16,454 nt of DNA from Rotaria sp. (taxonomy: Eukaryota), in contig CAJNSZ010000290.1 in the NCBI GenBank assembly GCA_905329745.1, positions 84,842 through 101,295 on the forward strand. Reading direction: 5' to 3'. The translations under genes and the position numbers were made by a program. Position 1 is the stretch's first letter; every line of letters begins with the position of its first letter. Of the stretch, positions 1 to 11,100 are shown piece by piece. Below the pieces are notes generated by a model. The model was given only the letters and a program-made list of their open reading frames with translations, made no database searches and was not told the origin of the DNA.

Positions 1-1240
1 TGAGAGGTTCGGTGCTGTCCCAGGATATCGTGTTGTTGGGCACATGAGATCTGACTTGCAATCTTCACTGTCGACATCATTTTTCTTACAAATAATCCCG
101 GTGGATCTACCTTATCTCTGATCAGTTTTAGTCGATTATAAATAGTTTTTGAGCCGATATGTACTCTTGAATGTTTATGGATGTTGTATCTGACCAACTC
201 TCAGCGTAAATTACATGCAGGAGAGATATAAACTGATCCTTTTGACGATTGTCCACATGTACAAACAAAGACTTCATCAGCTTTTTCCGGTAAATGATGA
301 ATGGTACTTTCAGAAATCAAAAGGAAACTGAGTAGAACATTGAATTCAGTGGAATTGGTGATTTTTGATAGACCAGCAAACTAATGGCGATTTAAGAGAT
401 AAGTGGCCGCGGGAATTTTTCGAATAGCTTTTCATAAGAATGAGATAGAGACCTGTGGTTTTCACCGTTGAAAATAGCAGATGAAGACCAATCGAACCAT
501 ATACAAAAAGATTTTCTAACTGCTTTTGAATAGTTTTACATAAAACTTCAAGAAAAACAGCATGTCTTTCATGGTCGCGATATTAATTTATTGATTTTTA
601 AGTTTGCACTAGAACTGCGAAAGAAAGACCTACAAAGCCATATCAAGATTCTACTCATAACTAATAGCAGTGAGATATCTAAACTATTGAAGTACAATTT
701 ACCGTCTCATTTTTTCAAAAAAATAACTGAAAAATGTGAATCTTTGTAATATTTTAATTGAAAAATCACTTTTTGAACGTAGAAAAAAGCAATTGTTTGA
801 AAATGTTTGACTGAAGTTGTTAGAAAAGTAGTTAGCGAAACCTTTCTATATATGATTCGATGCATCTTCATTTGCTCTTTCTAATGGTGAAAACCGCTGG
901 TCTCTATCTTATTCGTACCAAAAGTTATTCAAAGAATGCCCACGATCACTAATCTCTGAAATGGACATTAATCATAAAATGATAGAAAACTAAACATCTG
1001 TGTCTTTCCGAAATCTCAATCGATATTTTTAGCTGCAAATTCATTTAATGTAGAAGCACCTGCTAACAAATATTCGTTGGGCACATGAAAAATATGCCAC
1101 TGATTTTTATATCTGACATGTCAAAATAGGCAGGCCAACTCTGATCAGTAACTGTTATTAAAAACTAAGTGATATTTTCTATCAATCTTCTATATCAAGG
1201 TCATAGTTTTCATATGATGAAGCCCTAAAAGTACAGTAGT

Positions 1241-1380
1241 GTCGAACTTGAAACTTGAATTCAATTGAAATTTCAACTTTCAACTGAAACTTCAAATTTC
1301 AACTTTCAAGTTTCAACTTTCAACTTTCAACTTTCAAGTTTCAACTTTCAACTTTCAACTTTCAACTTTCAACTTTCAAG
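1241..1380 (+). repeat. Left inverted arm, including 11 consecutive perfect 7-mers TTTCAA(C/G) at 1304-1380
   Basis: Direct reading: TTTCAAG TTTCAAC TTTCAAC TTTCAAC TTTCAAG TTTCAAC x5 TTTCAAG. Confidence 0.9.
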
Positions 1381-1590
1381 TCGTTTCGCGACGGCTCCTT
1401 TTCTGGGCAGTCCTTTCCCGGCACCCTCACCAGCTGCGATGTGATATAGGTCGTCTCGTGATCAGTCCTTTTCTGGCCAGTCCTTTCGCAGCACCCTCAC
1501 CAGGTGCGATGTGATGTGTGTCGTTTCGTGGCCAGTCCTTTTCTGGCCAGTCCTTTCGCCGCACCCGCACCAGCTGCGATGATGTGTGTG
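1381..1590 (+). repeat. Three tandem copies of a 70-bp unit (1381-1450, 1451-1520, 1521-1590)
   Basis: Consensus TCGTTTCGTGGCCAGTCCTTTTCTGGCCAGTCCTTTCGCNGCACCCTCACCAGCTGCGATGTGATGTGTG. All three copies align at a 70-bp spacing with only a few substitutions. Confidence 0.92.
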
Positions 1591-1639
1591 TGAGAATGCG
1601 GGTTAGTGGTGATTCTGCAAAATGCTGCTCATTTGAGGC

Positions 1640-1750
1640 TTGAAAGTTGAAAGTTGAAAGTTGAAACTTGAAACTTGAAACTTGAAACTTGAAATTTGAA
1701 ATTTCAGTTGAAAGTTGAAATTTCAATTGAATTCAAGTTTCAAGTTTGAC
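1640..1750 (-). repeat. Right inverted arm, including 9 consecutive 7-mers TTGAAA(G/C/T) at 1640-1702
   Basis: Reverse complement of the left arm; the outer ~60 bp is nearly identical to the left end. Confidence 0.9.
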
Positions 1751-4700
1751 ATATATGTAAAAGTAGAGATCCAACGGCCATTGATTGACTTAAATAATCA
1801 TGTCCAGTACTTTTGATAACTAAGCGAAGATTATTTTCGTTGCGATAACAGCGAATTCAGGTACAGACCCTTGCTTGCATATTGTGCTGCCTGCCGATAT
1901 TGAACATGACCTGCTTTCCTATTTATGATTTCGCATTGCACCAACTAGATCAGCATACCACGTCGAATTATGCCATTGTATCTTCACTAAATTACATGCC
2001 AGAGCATCATGCATTTTGCCACTGCATACAGAAACGGATGGTTCAAACAAAAGAAGACATCCATCAATCGTTGTATTAAATAATTGCGACGTAAGAGAAT
2101 TCGGTCAACATGATGAGTGGCTAGCAAGACAACGGTATTGGCGTTCCTCAATAGAATAATGCACTTCATAGATTGGTCTTTAGATGATTTAATAAGAATG
2201 ACTTGCCTCTTGCAGCTAACTGTTGACTTATAGCCATCACGATGAAGTACATGATCATATATACGATGCGACATGACATATTATGTATAACGTCCATTAT
2301 TTGACTAGCTGATTTCATATATTTGTGTACGTCACATTTGTATAGAGAAAAGACATTCTTTATCTTTATAATGACGTCGCATATCTTAATGCTGCAGATT
2401 TGTATTGACGTCCGTAATACTTTCTGTGATCAGTAATGTGAGGCAATAAAATAACAAGTATAACTTACCTTTGATTTTAACCGTGGTACTATGTCATCAA
2501 TGCAAAATACCGAAATAACTGATAGAAATATTTTTTGATCCCGAAGAAGCTGTCACTACTAAAGAAAACATTCTGCATGTTCTGATCGACTATTTACAAT
2601 GGCAATTTTTAAAATGCATTTGAACAGATTATGTTAGATAATATCATAGAATCAGAAGCGTTCATATAAGATTTACATCCATGCAGTTTTAAAAGATTCA
2701 ATTTCATTGATTCACTTGAGCAGATCCCTCTTTCTATCAGCTAGCTGTCCATCGCCTACTATTCCATCATGTAGAAGATGACCGAAGATACCAAGTAGTT
2801 CTTTATTCATCATCTGTATGAAACTCCTTCCTACTTATAAGTAATCATATAGAACATATCTTTTAAAACTAATTCAACAACACGAAGATCAATTCTTACG
2901 TTTCTTTATGTTGTTCATCATTGATATGCCTCGTTTAACTGTTTGAATTCTTTCTGACTCGATGAAATCATCATGTAATCCTTGACTATGCTTTGAAAGG
3001 TAACATGTTTCTTTTATTCCTACAGTGCTGGCACTTATAATTTTCGTTGTACTGATTGAATTCTATCGAAAGGAATGCAATGAAACTAAAACTCCTATTT
3101 AAAAATTGTTTTCTTTCGACTTAGACGGCAGTAATTACTCTACGAAGACTAAACACTATTTTGATGCTTTAATTTCAGGACTGACTTGTTCTGTTTGTAA
3201 ATTTCTTTCTTAGGATGAAGAGAGAAAACACATGCATGCTTGTGCTGCTATAAACTGAGTTTATTCTTCAAAATAAATACGCTGTACAAGATGCAGGGTC
3301 TTTCAAGTTTTATCACTTTATATATTTATTATGTTATTAAAACACATCATAGTTTCCAAAAGATTAAATTTTCACATTTGGCTATCATTTAGATGCATTT
3401 ATACAGCATTTAAATCAACATCTGATAATATATATGATATGTTTTAAATAAAAAAACGTGTCTATGCAATGCAGGCCTTGACTTCTATTGCATCATGATA
3501 CAATCTTGTCAATAGTTCCTGAAAGAGCATGAATAGATTCTATTCTGAAATTCAACTACAAAATACTCGGCATCATTTTTTTGTTAGCTCTGAAATATGT
3601 TCTATCATAAAAACTGTTCATGTATCATTAGAAAGTAGTCTAACCAATACAAATCTATGGCTTGTTTGTATAAGACTATCAGATACTGCAGTTATGATTT
3701 TAGAAATTTCATATTTATTATAATCGTTTATAAACAAAAAGACCTTAACTGTATTTTCTTCATTTATTTCAAAACGGTTGTTTGGTAAATCACTTCGAAA
3801 TAGCATAGACATCTGAGTGTAACATACAGAACCACATCCCCAATATGATAAAATGATAGAGCTGTTTAGTAGTGATATTGAATTAATGAATATAAGAAAA
3901 CTCAATATGTCTCATATAGATCTTAGAATTGATTCATTGCGCACGGCTATATCGAAATACGTGACAGACTATTTGAATAATATATTACATACAATTTTTT
4001 TTCAATCTAATAGAAACAATTTTGACATAGCATTGTTGCTAGGTACTGTCACATAACAATATTAAATATGCGAGCATGGTATTAACCAAAAAAAGGTCAC
4101 TGTGACTGTAAATATATGCCATGATATATCGAAAAACCTAGTCATTTAATTTTTTTTCAATCACACTAACAGACAACTATTCGATTGATATCCAATATAA
4201 CACAAAACTTTTGAGACGTATGGAAAATTGTAAAATTTTGAATAATATTATTTTTTTGTGGCTAATGGCAATGATTAAAAGGATTTCTGTTTTCAAAATA
4301 TTCTGTACTAGACTATATCATGCATGATCTATTAGTAGATTGCAGTTTTTAATTTCCCATTTTCATCACTAATATCGCTGTGAGATGTTCACTGTCAAGT
4401 GCATAGAATTGAGAGGTCTTCATCGCAAGTGATTAAAGTGATTTAATCCAAATTTTACAATTCCTAGTAGAAAAATAGTGCCAGGAGTTTTTCCTATGGT
4501 GATTTTCCTATTCAAAAATATTTGCTGTATTAGTCATGAGCTCTTAAAGTCACTGTACGAGACCAGTTTTCCATCAAAATATCATTGGAAATAAAGATGT
4601 AAGATTCTGTTTTTTTTTCTACATCAAAGTAAGTATGATGAAACTGAAAATTTTATATACAATTGTTCGACACTGTTAGAATGCTAAAATATATCTATTT

Positions 4701-5900
4701 TGAAAAGTAGTGCTCTGATAACTTCCTGCTAAACTTTATTGAAAAAAACCGTTAGATTTTGGAAGTTCGCTCCGCACTTAGACCTTATTATTCGAATAAA
4801 GCGTAGGCATCCCAAATGGTGTCTAATGTATGGGACGCGCTATAAACTAATATCTGTACTAGTCACATGAATCCTTTTAGATTAGCTTTCAAGCTTGCTT
4901 CTTAGCAATGAAAAGAATCAAGACGAGAATATGATAACATGGCATTATAAACTATGCGAAAATTCTTTCTGTGAAAAACATCTTTTTAATTGATCTAACT
5001 ATTAAATCATATGAGTAAGTCCAATAATGGATTCATTTATACAAATTAAGGAATTGTTCATGCGGAATAGTTTGTAAATGACATTTAACTAAGGATAAAA
5101 GACGTCGCTATTAAATAGTATTATTAAAAATATGTACTGTCGAATTTCGAAACGAGTTGCACTTTTAACTGTAATTGAAGCAATAGGTTCCAAGTATACT
5201 CTAAGCGTAATCTACTATTTGGATCTGTGTTGTTTTACAAACCTTGATCAGATTAGAAAAATTATAATAGAGCTAGTCTCCGTAAGTGTTTTACAAAGAA
5301 TGGTACATATAAAAAACAAAAGTGTAAAAAGATGGCAGTAACAGACCTGATCATCAATGGAGCAAAGGTCAAAACTGTCGGCATTCTAGAGCATGAAGTA
5401 AGTCTGACTGATGGAATGAAAGAGGGAGACGGCGCGTACTGTTTTCAAAAATCAATAGAGAATATGCACAAGCAATGGTTCTGGAAATACGAAGATATTG
5501 AGCTATAACGCTTGTATCAATACGAGAATGAAGTTGGCTATGTAGACGATAGTTTTCGTCTGTCTTTTTCTGACGAGACAATATGCTTCTCTTTATCTCT
5601 TTCGCTTTCTTTACCTTATGCATTTTACTATATTCTTTTCCCTTGTATGTGCATAGGCATTTGTTATATGTATCATGCAGAGCGTCCTAATGCCTATTAA
5701 AAGATAACGAATGTTTTTTTCTTCTTTTCAGAACGACAACCAACATCATACATATGCGGTATATTTACACACGTAGTTTGATAAATAAACTTTATCAGAA
5801 CATATATTTGAATTATTTCCTACACTTTCACTCATGTACACTTATGCAACTGTTTGCATGCTTTTGATATCCGCTTTATTTAGTTTAATGCTGGCGGCAA

Positions 5901-6368
5901 GTTTACTTTCTGTAAACACATGACAGGCGACCCATAATAAATCGCCGCACTTTGTATTACATATTTTAATTTCAAAGTACATAGTATTAAAAAACAAACT
6001 ATACCACGAGATGCAGCGTAAAAAGCTCCACAATTTACTGTGTACATTGTAGAGCATTCCTCGCTGTATTTTGTGGTATACTTTGTTTTTTTATGAAGAC
6101 ATATTGTGGGATTAAAAGATGAAAGGAATCCTCGTTCGTGTAGAATGAAAAGGATTCTTTCGCAATGGTGACAACTAGTCGCAGAGAATTTGGATTTTTT
6201 TTGGAAAAAAGGGCTATTATAAAATAAGTGATCCTATGTAAATTGTAAAGCTTTTTACGCTGCATCTCATGGTACATTTTGTCTTTTTAATAATACGTAT
6301 TTTGAAATAAATACACAATGCAAAATGCGGTCCTTCATTATGAGTCACCCATTATTTGAAAGTGAATT
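5901..6368. mobile_element. Long-inverted-repeat (MITE/foldback-like) element
   Basis: Left arm ~5901-6037 (…GGCGACCCATAATAAATCGCCGCACTTTGTATTAC…ATTTCAAAGTACATAGTATTAAAAAACAAACTATACCACGAGATGCAGCGTAAAAAGCTCCACAATTTAC). It aligns with the reverse complement of ~6239-6368 (…GGTGACTCATAATGAAGGACCGCATTTTGCATTGT…ATTTCAAAATACGTATTATTAAAAAGACAAAATGTACCATGAGATGCAGCGTAAAAAGCTTTACAATTTAC). GAGATGCAGCGTAAAAAGCT (20 nt) is identical in both arms. Confidence 0.75.
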
Positions 6369-6628
6369 TTAATAGCGATAAAAAAACTTGCGAATGTCAC
6401 AAAACTTATGGTGTGAAACGTTCATTAGCATCGCGTTACTCTTATTATATAAATTGTGTTGACCGTGGAAAAGTATATATCAATTTCCTTACTTTTGAAC
6501 TTACTATTTCTTATACTCTTCGTTTGCAATCATTTTGAAGAAGTAACATATATGGTAAAATTCGCGTTCACGATCAAAATATGATCAATGTTTCGTTTTA
6601 TGATAAGACTGGGACCCTTACAATATAT

Positions 6629-6758
6629 GAGGCGTGGGTGTTTTGGGTGTGACTGTGACTGTGTTCTGTGTTCTTTGGTTTGAATTGGATGGGCTGTGGG
6701 TATGGATAGGTGAGGATGCACTTGTTTTTTCTCTATGTGCCACACCCACCCACACTCT
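6629..6758. repeat. GT-rich / CA-rich imperfect inverted repeat
   Basis: GAGGCGTGGGTGTTTTGGGTGTG (6629-6651) is largely complementary to CCACACCCACCCACACTC (6740-6757), apart from a 4-nt gap. Between them is low-complexity GTGACTGTGACTGTGTTCTGTGTTC. Confidence 0.4.
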
Positions 6759-8045
6759 TTGGAAGTCCATTGATGATTATTGAAATTTTAGTTTTTTTGA
6801 TAAAATGAGATGGGCTCACAAAAATTGTTTCGAATCCTATGGTATTCGTTTTTGGTAAATATAAAGGGCTCCGTCATCGAGTTTTCTTAGTAATGGAAAG
6901 GCGTGACCATGATCATTTTGCAGATCTTTAATCGCAAGATATACAATTAGTATTGTTGGTTGGTAACGCTACTGCGAAGCCGACTGACTGCTCTGTGACT
7001 GCAAAACAATACTCTCCATAACAAAGAGGCAAAAATAAAAATCGGTAAAAAGCAAAATTCATTAATATTCTCAAAGGAAAAACACTTGTATTTGAAAACA
7101 TCGGAGTACTTGGCAAAGAAGTGGGTATCCGATGAGTTCAAAAACAGAAACAATGAAAATCGGTTCAACAGTATGTCTGCAGGTTTCAGACATAGTTCAA
7201 TGGAAGGCATGCACACTAAATTTGTCGCATTCTCTCTATCGACTATTCATTCATCATTTTTTATGCACACGTAGTGATATATAAACAATAAGGTTAAACA
7301 AACGAAAAAAGAATTATCAAAATCCTTTTTTTCTAGATTATTTCTTGATGATTTTTTAGTTCAGAAAATGTCGATCTCGATCTATGATTGCGAGAGGACA
7401 ACTCTGAAACACTCTGACAGAAATCGAACCAGCTGAAGTTCAGACAGATTCGAAGATCTGACGAGCTTCAGTTATCAAAGCAAGAAATCATTCAATAAAA
7501 TAAATTCGGATTATTTTGAAAAAAAGGTAGTAATATGCTTTTTAAAAAGAACCCATCAAAAATGTCTCACAAATTACAACGAAAGCGACATATTTTAACT
7601 TAGTATGTGTCAGCTCCAATCCTTCTCGATTTCCTCATACAGGGATGACACGTTGCGAAGACACATCGAATTACAAAACACTTGAACAGTGTAACTAAAC
7701 CATCATCTCACGGAGCAACCACTCTAATAATGTCTTAGAAAATTCGATTGCCACGTGAATAAATGTCTGACCTTTGGCTAACCAGACCAGTGAATCTGAA
7801 AATACTACGAATTTCGTACTCTCATTGTACAAATTCAAATCAACGACACATGGTTACAGCTTCTATATTACTGTTGTAGAGTGTACCCCTCATTTTTCCA
7901 CATCCACACAACATGGCATACTGTATGTGGTATTTCAAGACAACCCATTTCCTACCAATAACATCGGCTTCCATGATTTGTGTCAATTGGTTGTCAATCT
8001 CCCCGAGAAATGCACATGAGCTTTCACGTTATATGTGCATTATCT

Positions 8046-8174
8046 GGTCACTCTTTTCGTCGCGCCATTTCACCAGGAATATTGTATATTTCGGTTCGTA
8101 GTCGATCCTTTCGCAACCCGTCCTTTCTCAGTACAGATTTCGTAGCAGCTGAAGCAGCTGCCATGAAATGTATG
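8046..8174 (+). repeat. Diverged relatives of the 70-bp unit found at 1381-1590 (about one partial and one expanded copy)
   Basis: GGTCACTCTTTTCGTCGCGCCATTTCACCAG...TCGGTTCGTAGTCGATCCTTTCGCAACCCGTCCTTTCTC...GCAGCTGCCATGAAATGTATGT follows the same order as GGCCAGTCCTTTCGCCGCACCCGCACCAG...TCGTTTCGTGGCCAGTCCTTTTCTGGCCAGTCCTTTCGC...CCAGCTGCGATGATGTGTGTGT. The internal 15-bp spacing of TCCTTT is kept. Confidence 0.5.
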
Positions 8175-11100
8175 TCACTTTATGAAGAGACCTTCCGCGG
8201 CCAGTTCTTGAACGGCATGCATATTCGGTGAGGTTCTCTATGTGCTTTGCCGCGTCATTTTTATTATTGGTTTTCGGAAGGCTGATGAAAAACACTGTGC
8301 GTTAACCAGATTAGTTTGTACACCTGCTCATACATCCTTATATATCTCCTTAAACCTCCTTTATCTCCTATCCCTGCTTATACCTACTGCACCCTTTCAG
8401 TATTATTCGTCAAAAGAAAATGAAACCAGTTTTCAGAAGCTCAAATGAATTTCCTGGAAATTCAAATAAGGCATCATACAACCGTTGCATCCGTAGTACG
8501 CAGGATTCATCTTTTTCTCCTTGGAGGCAGGACAATTTTTTTTATTCTATTCTTTCACGTGCATGAGAGCATGTCTGTAGTCATGTCTCTTTGTTTTCAT
8601 ATAATATGCCAAATGGTATCTCTTCCTTTCACTAAAGGAGTCGCTGTATTTGCACTGCGTCGCTGGTTTTTTTGTCCTCCACTTTGTAGAGAGAAAACGA
8701 AGGTTACACACTTTACGCATGGCTTTTCTTTCAGTAGAGGGAGCAAGCCAAAATGAATTTCTTTGAGTGTGAGTGTGGATACAGGAAAAGAGTGTGACCT
8801 TGTTTCTTTTCATATATACCCACTCTCGCAGTACGCCACAAATAGTGAAAGATGAGACAGCTTCTATCCCAAACTACATCTCCTCTACCTCGATGGCTAC
8901 ATATTTGTTCATACTATTCCTCATTTTACGCTAGTTCAAATTCGATTTCAGGTTGACGATGAACATAAGACTGTATGGCAAAAATGATAGGGCTTAATTG
9001 ACCTATTCCTTGTCACATTTTTTCGTGCCGTTGCTGCTCACCCATCAAAAAATACGTTTTTTATCAGCAAATTATCGTGACATGCATACAAGTTTGTGAT
9101 AGAAGACGGGCAGCCTCCTCTCCTTCTTATTAAACATCTCAATATCAACTATCGAGCAACGCAAATAATAACACTCGCTTCGAAACTTAAGGAGGAAAGC
9201 TGTATGGCGTACGCCAGATTGAAGTTAGAATATTTACTTTTCTTTCCTTTCGCATCATTAATTTTAGTGATTGGTACGAAAAAAATAGTAATAAAACTGC
9301 ATACAAAGCTATTATAGGAGACAATGAGTTGAGAACCAAATTAGTTGAAAGAAAAATATGGTCACTCTGACGCTTCTAAAGTACACCATATGAATTTCTT
9401 TAATTTTACTAGTGAAACTAGAAACAAAGCAGAACTTTTATAATGTTTTAGAAAATTTGACAGCCATTTATTCAATCTTGAAAATATTTCAATGATTCTT
9501 GCTATCACATTGTTAACGCTGCTATCGTTAATAAACAGTGACCGGTCAACAACAATAGTTATCGTACTCCATACAATACACGCGGAATTCGAAATTTTGA
9601 CGACAATTTAGGTGAAGAATTTACTTACAATATCATGGCACCTTTTTATTACGTATAGAATCTTTTACCACTGCGTTTAAACCAGGAGATAGTGGTAAAA
9701 GTTAAGGCCAATCTAACAACTCCATACTATCAGATTGACTCGGCAGCTCACACATTTCCATTGTTTCGAAGCACTATGAAGTTTGATATTAAAGGACAAA
9801 TAAAAAATAGTTCGGCAAAATTAAACAAACTCAAAATCGCCTTTAATCGACTATGTCAAATGGCTACGCCATCCTCGCGTGCTCTAAGAAATAGCTATGC
9901 TCAACTTTTCTATATGGAGTGACGAAAAGGTTTATTCCAGGACGAAAATGAATTGAAATCCTTTGCATCACGTATTTCCATGGTGAATTTCCCAATAACT
10001 ATAGAAACTCTTCGTCCAGATAAACTGTGACAACTGTATATTCTGTTAACAGAAAGAGGCAATTATACATGGTGAGAAAGTTAATAACAGGACCGATATC
10101 AAAATGAATAATAGCGTGCAAAAAAACCTACAGCTAGACGAAACTTATTTAAAAGAAGCTCCCTTAACTTGAAGCTTCTGTCACAAGTAGAGGTTTTGAA
10201 GCCTGATTTCAGGCACTTATTCCGGCTGCATATTTTTAGCAAAGGTGAGATAGAAGATCAACATCAAAGAATTATTCAAATGTCATTCCGTTGTGCTGGA
10301 AAAGACACTCAAAACTGTCCTTCTATTTCATGAGAGGTATGGTTTTGATTTTCGCTTTGGAAAAGGTTTTCCTGTGCATACTTCTGATATCAGGCCAGGT
10401 TCACTTACTTTCCTTCGAAATAAGACTGCAAAACGCTATCCTAAACCACTTCTATACTGAACTTTACATACTTATACCTTTTTGAACTGTGATGACATCA
10501 GCAGAGTATGATCAGAATTGTTGATTGCAGTAAAAATACCACTCTGGCTTTATGAAATAGGAAAAATAACGTAATCCTTGCGTGTCATTATATCTTGTTT
10601 GAAACTGGATACAATTAAACTACTGAGTTTTTTGAAAGAAAGTGTTATTCTTTATGACGTTCGACTGAAATAAAACTTGATAGATCTCATAAGTTTTGAT
10701 AGTTGCGCTTTCCTTGTCTCGAATATATCATTTTGGATTCTTATTGCTCATGCGCTACAAAAACATAGTCTAATTTCATTTTCTTTTTCATCATGACGTG
10801 CAGATGAATCCTAGCACTTTCTTCAAAACTTATGAATATTTTAGTTTCGCCCTTGTAGGGTATGCTACTTAACATTAGAAATTCCGTAATTCTATAGAAT
10901 TTTGACACAAAATCGAGGAAACTTTTTCTTCTGACGTTTCTCAATATACATATATTATATTCTTGAGAAAGTTTAGTCTTTGGATTCTTGTGATTCTCAT
11001 GTTATATAATTTCGTTTTCTTAAGATTAGTCAGCAGCACGATGTTTTGTGTAGAGGAAGCTTCTCCACTATTTTTGATTATTTATATGAAAATTAATCAG

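Larger units (their letters stand above)
1241..1750. mobile_element. Foldback-like (long terminal inverted repeat) element with heptameric arms and internal 70-bp tandem array
   Basis: The left outer end GTCGAACTTGAAACTTGAATTCAATTGAAATTTCAACTTTCAACTGAAACTTCAAATTTC... is the near-perfect reverse complement of the right outer end ...GAAATTTGAAATTTCAGTTGAAAGTTGAAATTTCAATTGAATTCAAGTTTCAAGTTTGAC (ends at 1750). No target-site duplication is clear. Confidence 0.75.

Noticed and set aside
1427-1726. 99-aa minus-strand ORF (MKFQLSTEISNFKFQV...)
   Set aside because: It translates the heptamer arm and the tandem units, begins at a non-ATG codon, and its repetitive peptide is an artefact of the foldback element.
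4778-4840. Small nested complementary segments (TTAGAC/GTCTAA and GCATCCCA/TGGGACGC)
   Set aside because: Short, imperfect stems that do not form a tRNA or a known RNA; within chance expectation for this length.
5842-6277. Two overlapping minus-strand ORFs (71 and 80 aa)
   Set aside because: Both fall across the arms and loop of the long-inverted-repeat element, with no family resemblance.
6825-6840. TTTCGAATCC resembling a tRNA B box
   Set aside because: No A box at the proper distance and no cloverleaf stems.
8445-8813. 103-aa plus and 88-aa minus ORFs on opposite strands
   Set aside because: Overlapping antisense ORFs of low-complexity, basic or hydrophobic character with no recognisable domain; most likely chance open frames.
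9692-9922. 76-aa plus-strand ORF (MVKVKANLTTPYYQI...)
   Set aside because: Considered as a retroelement or capsid fragment, but there is no specific motif to support it.
10937-10970. TTTCTCAA ... TTGAGAAA 8-bp hairpin around an AT-rich loop
   Set aside because: A real but very short inverted repeat; expected by chance in AT-rich DNA.
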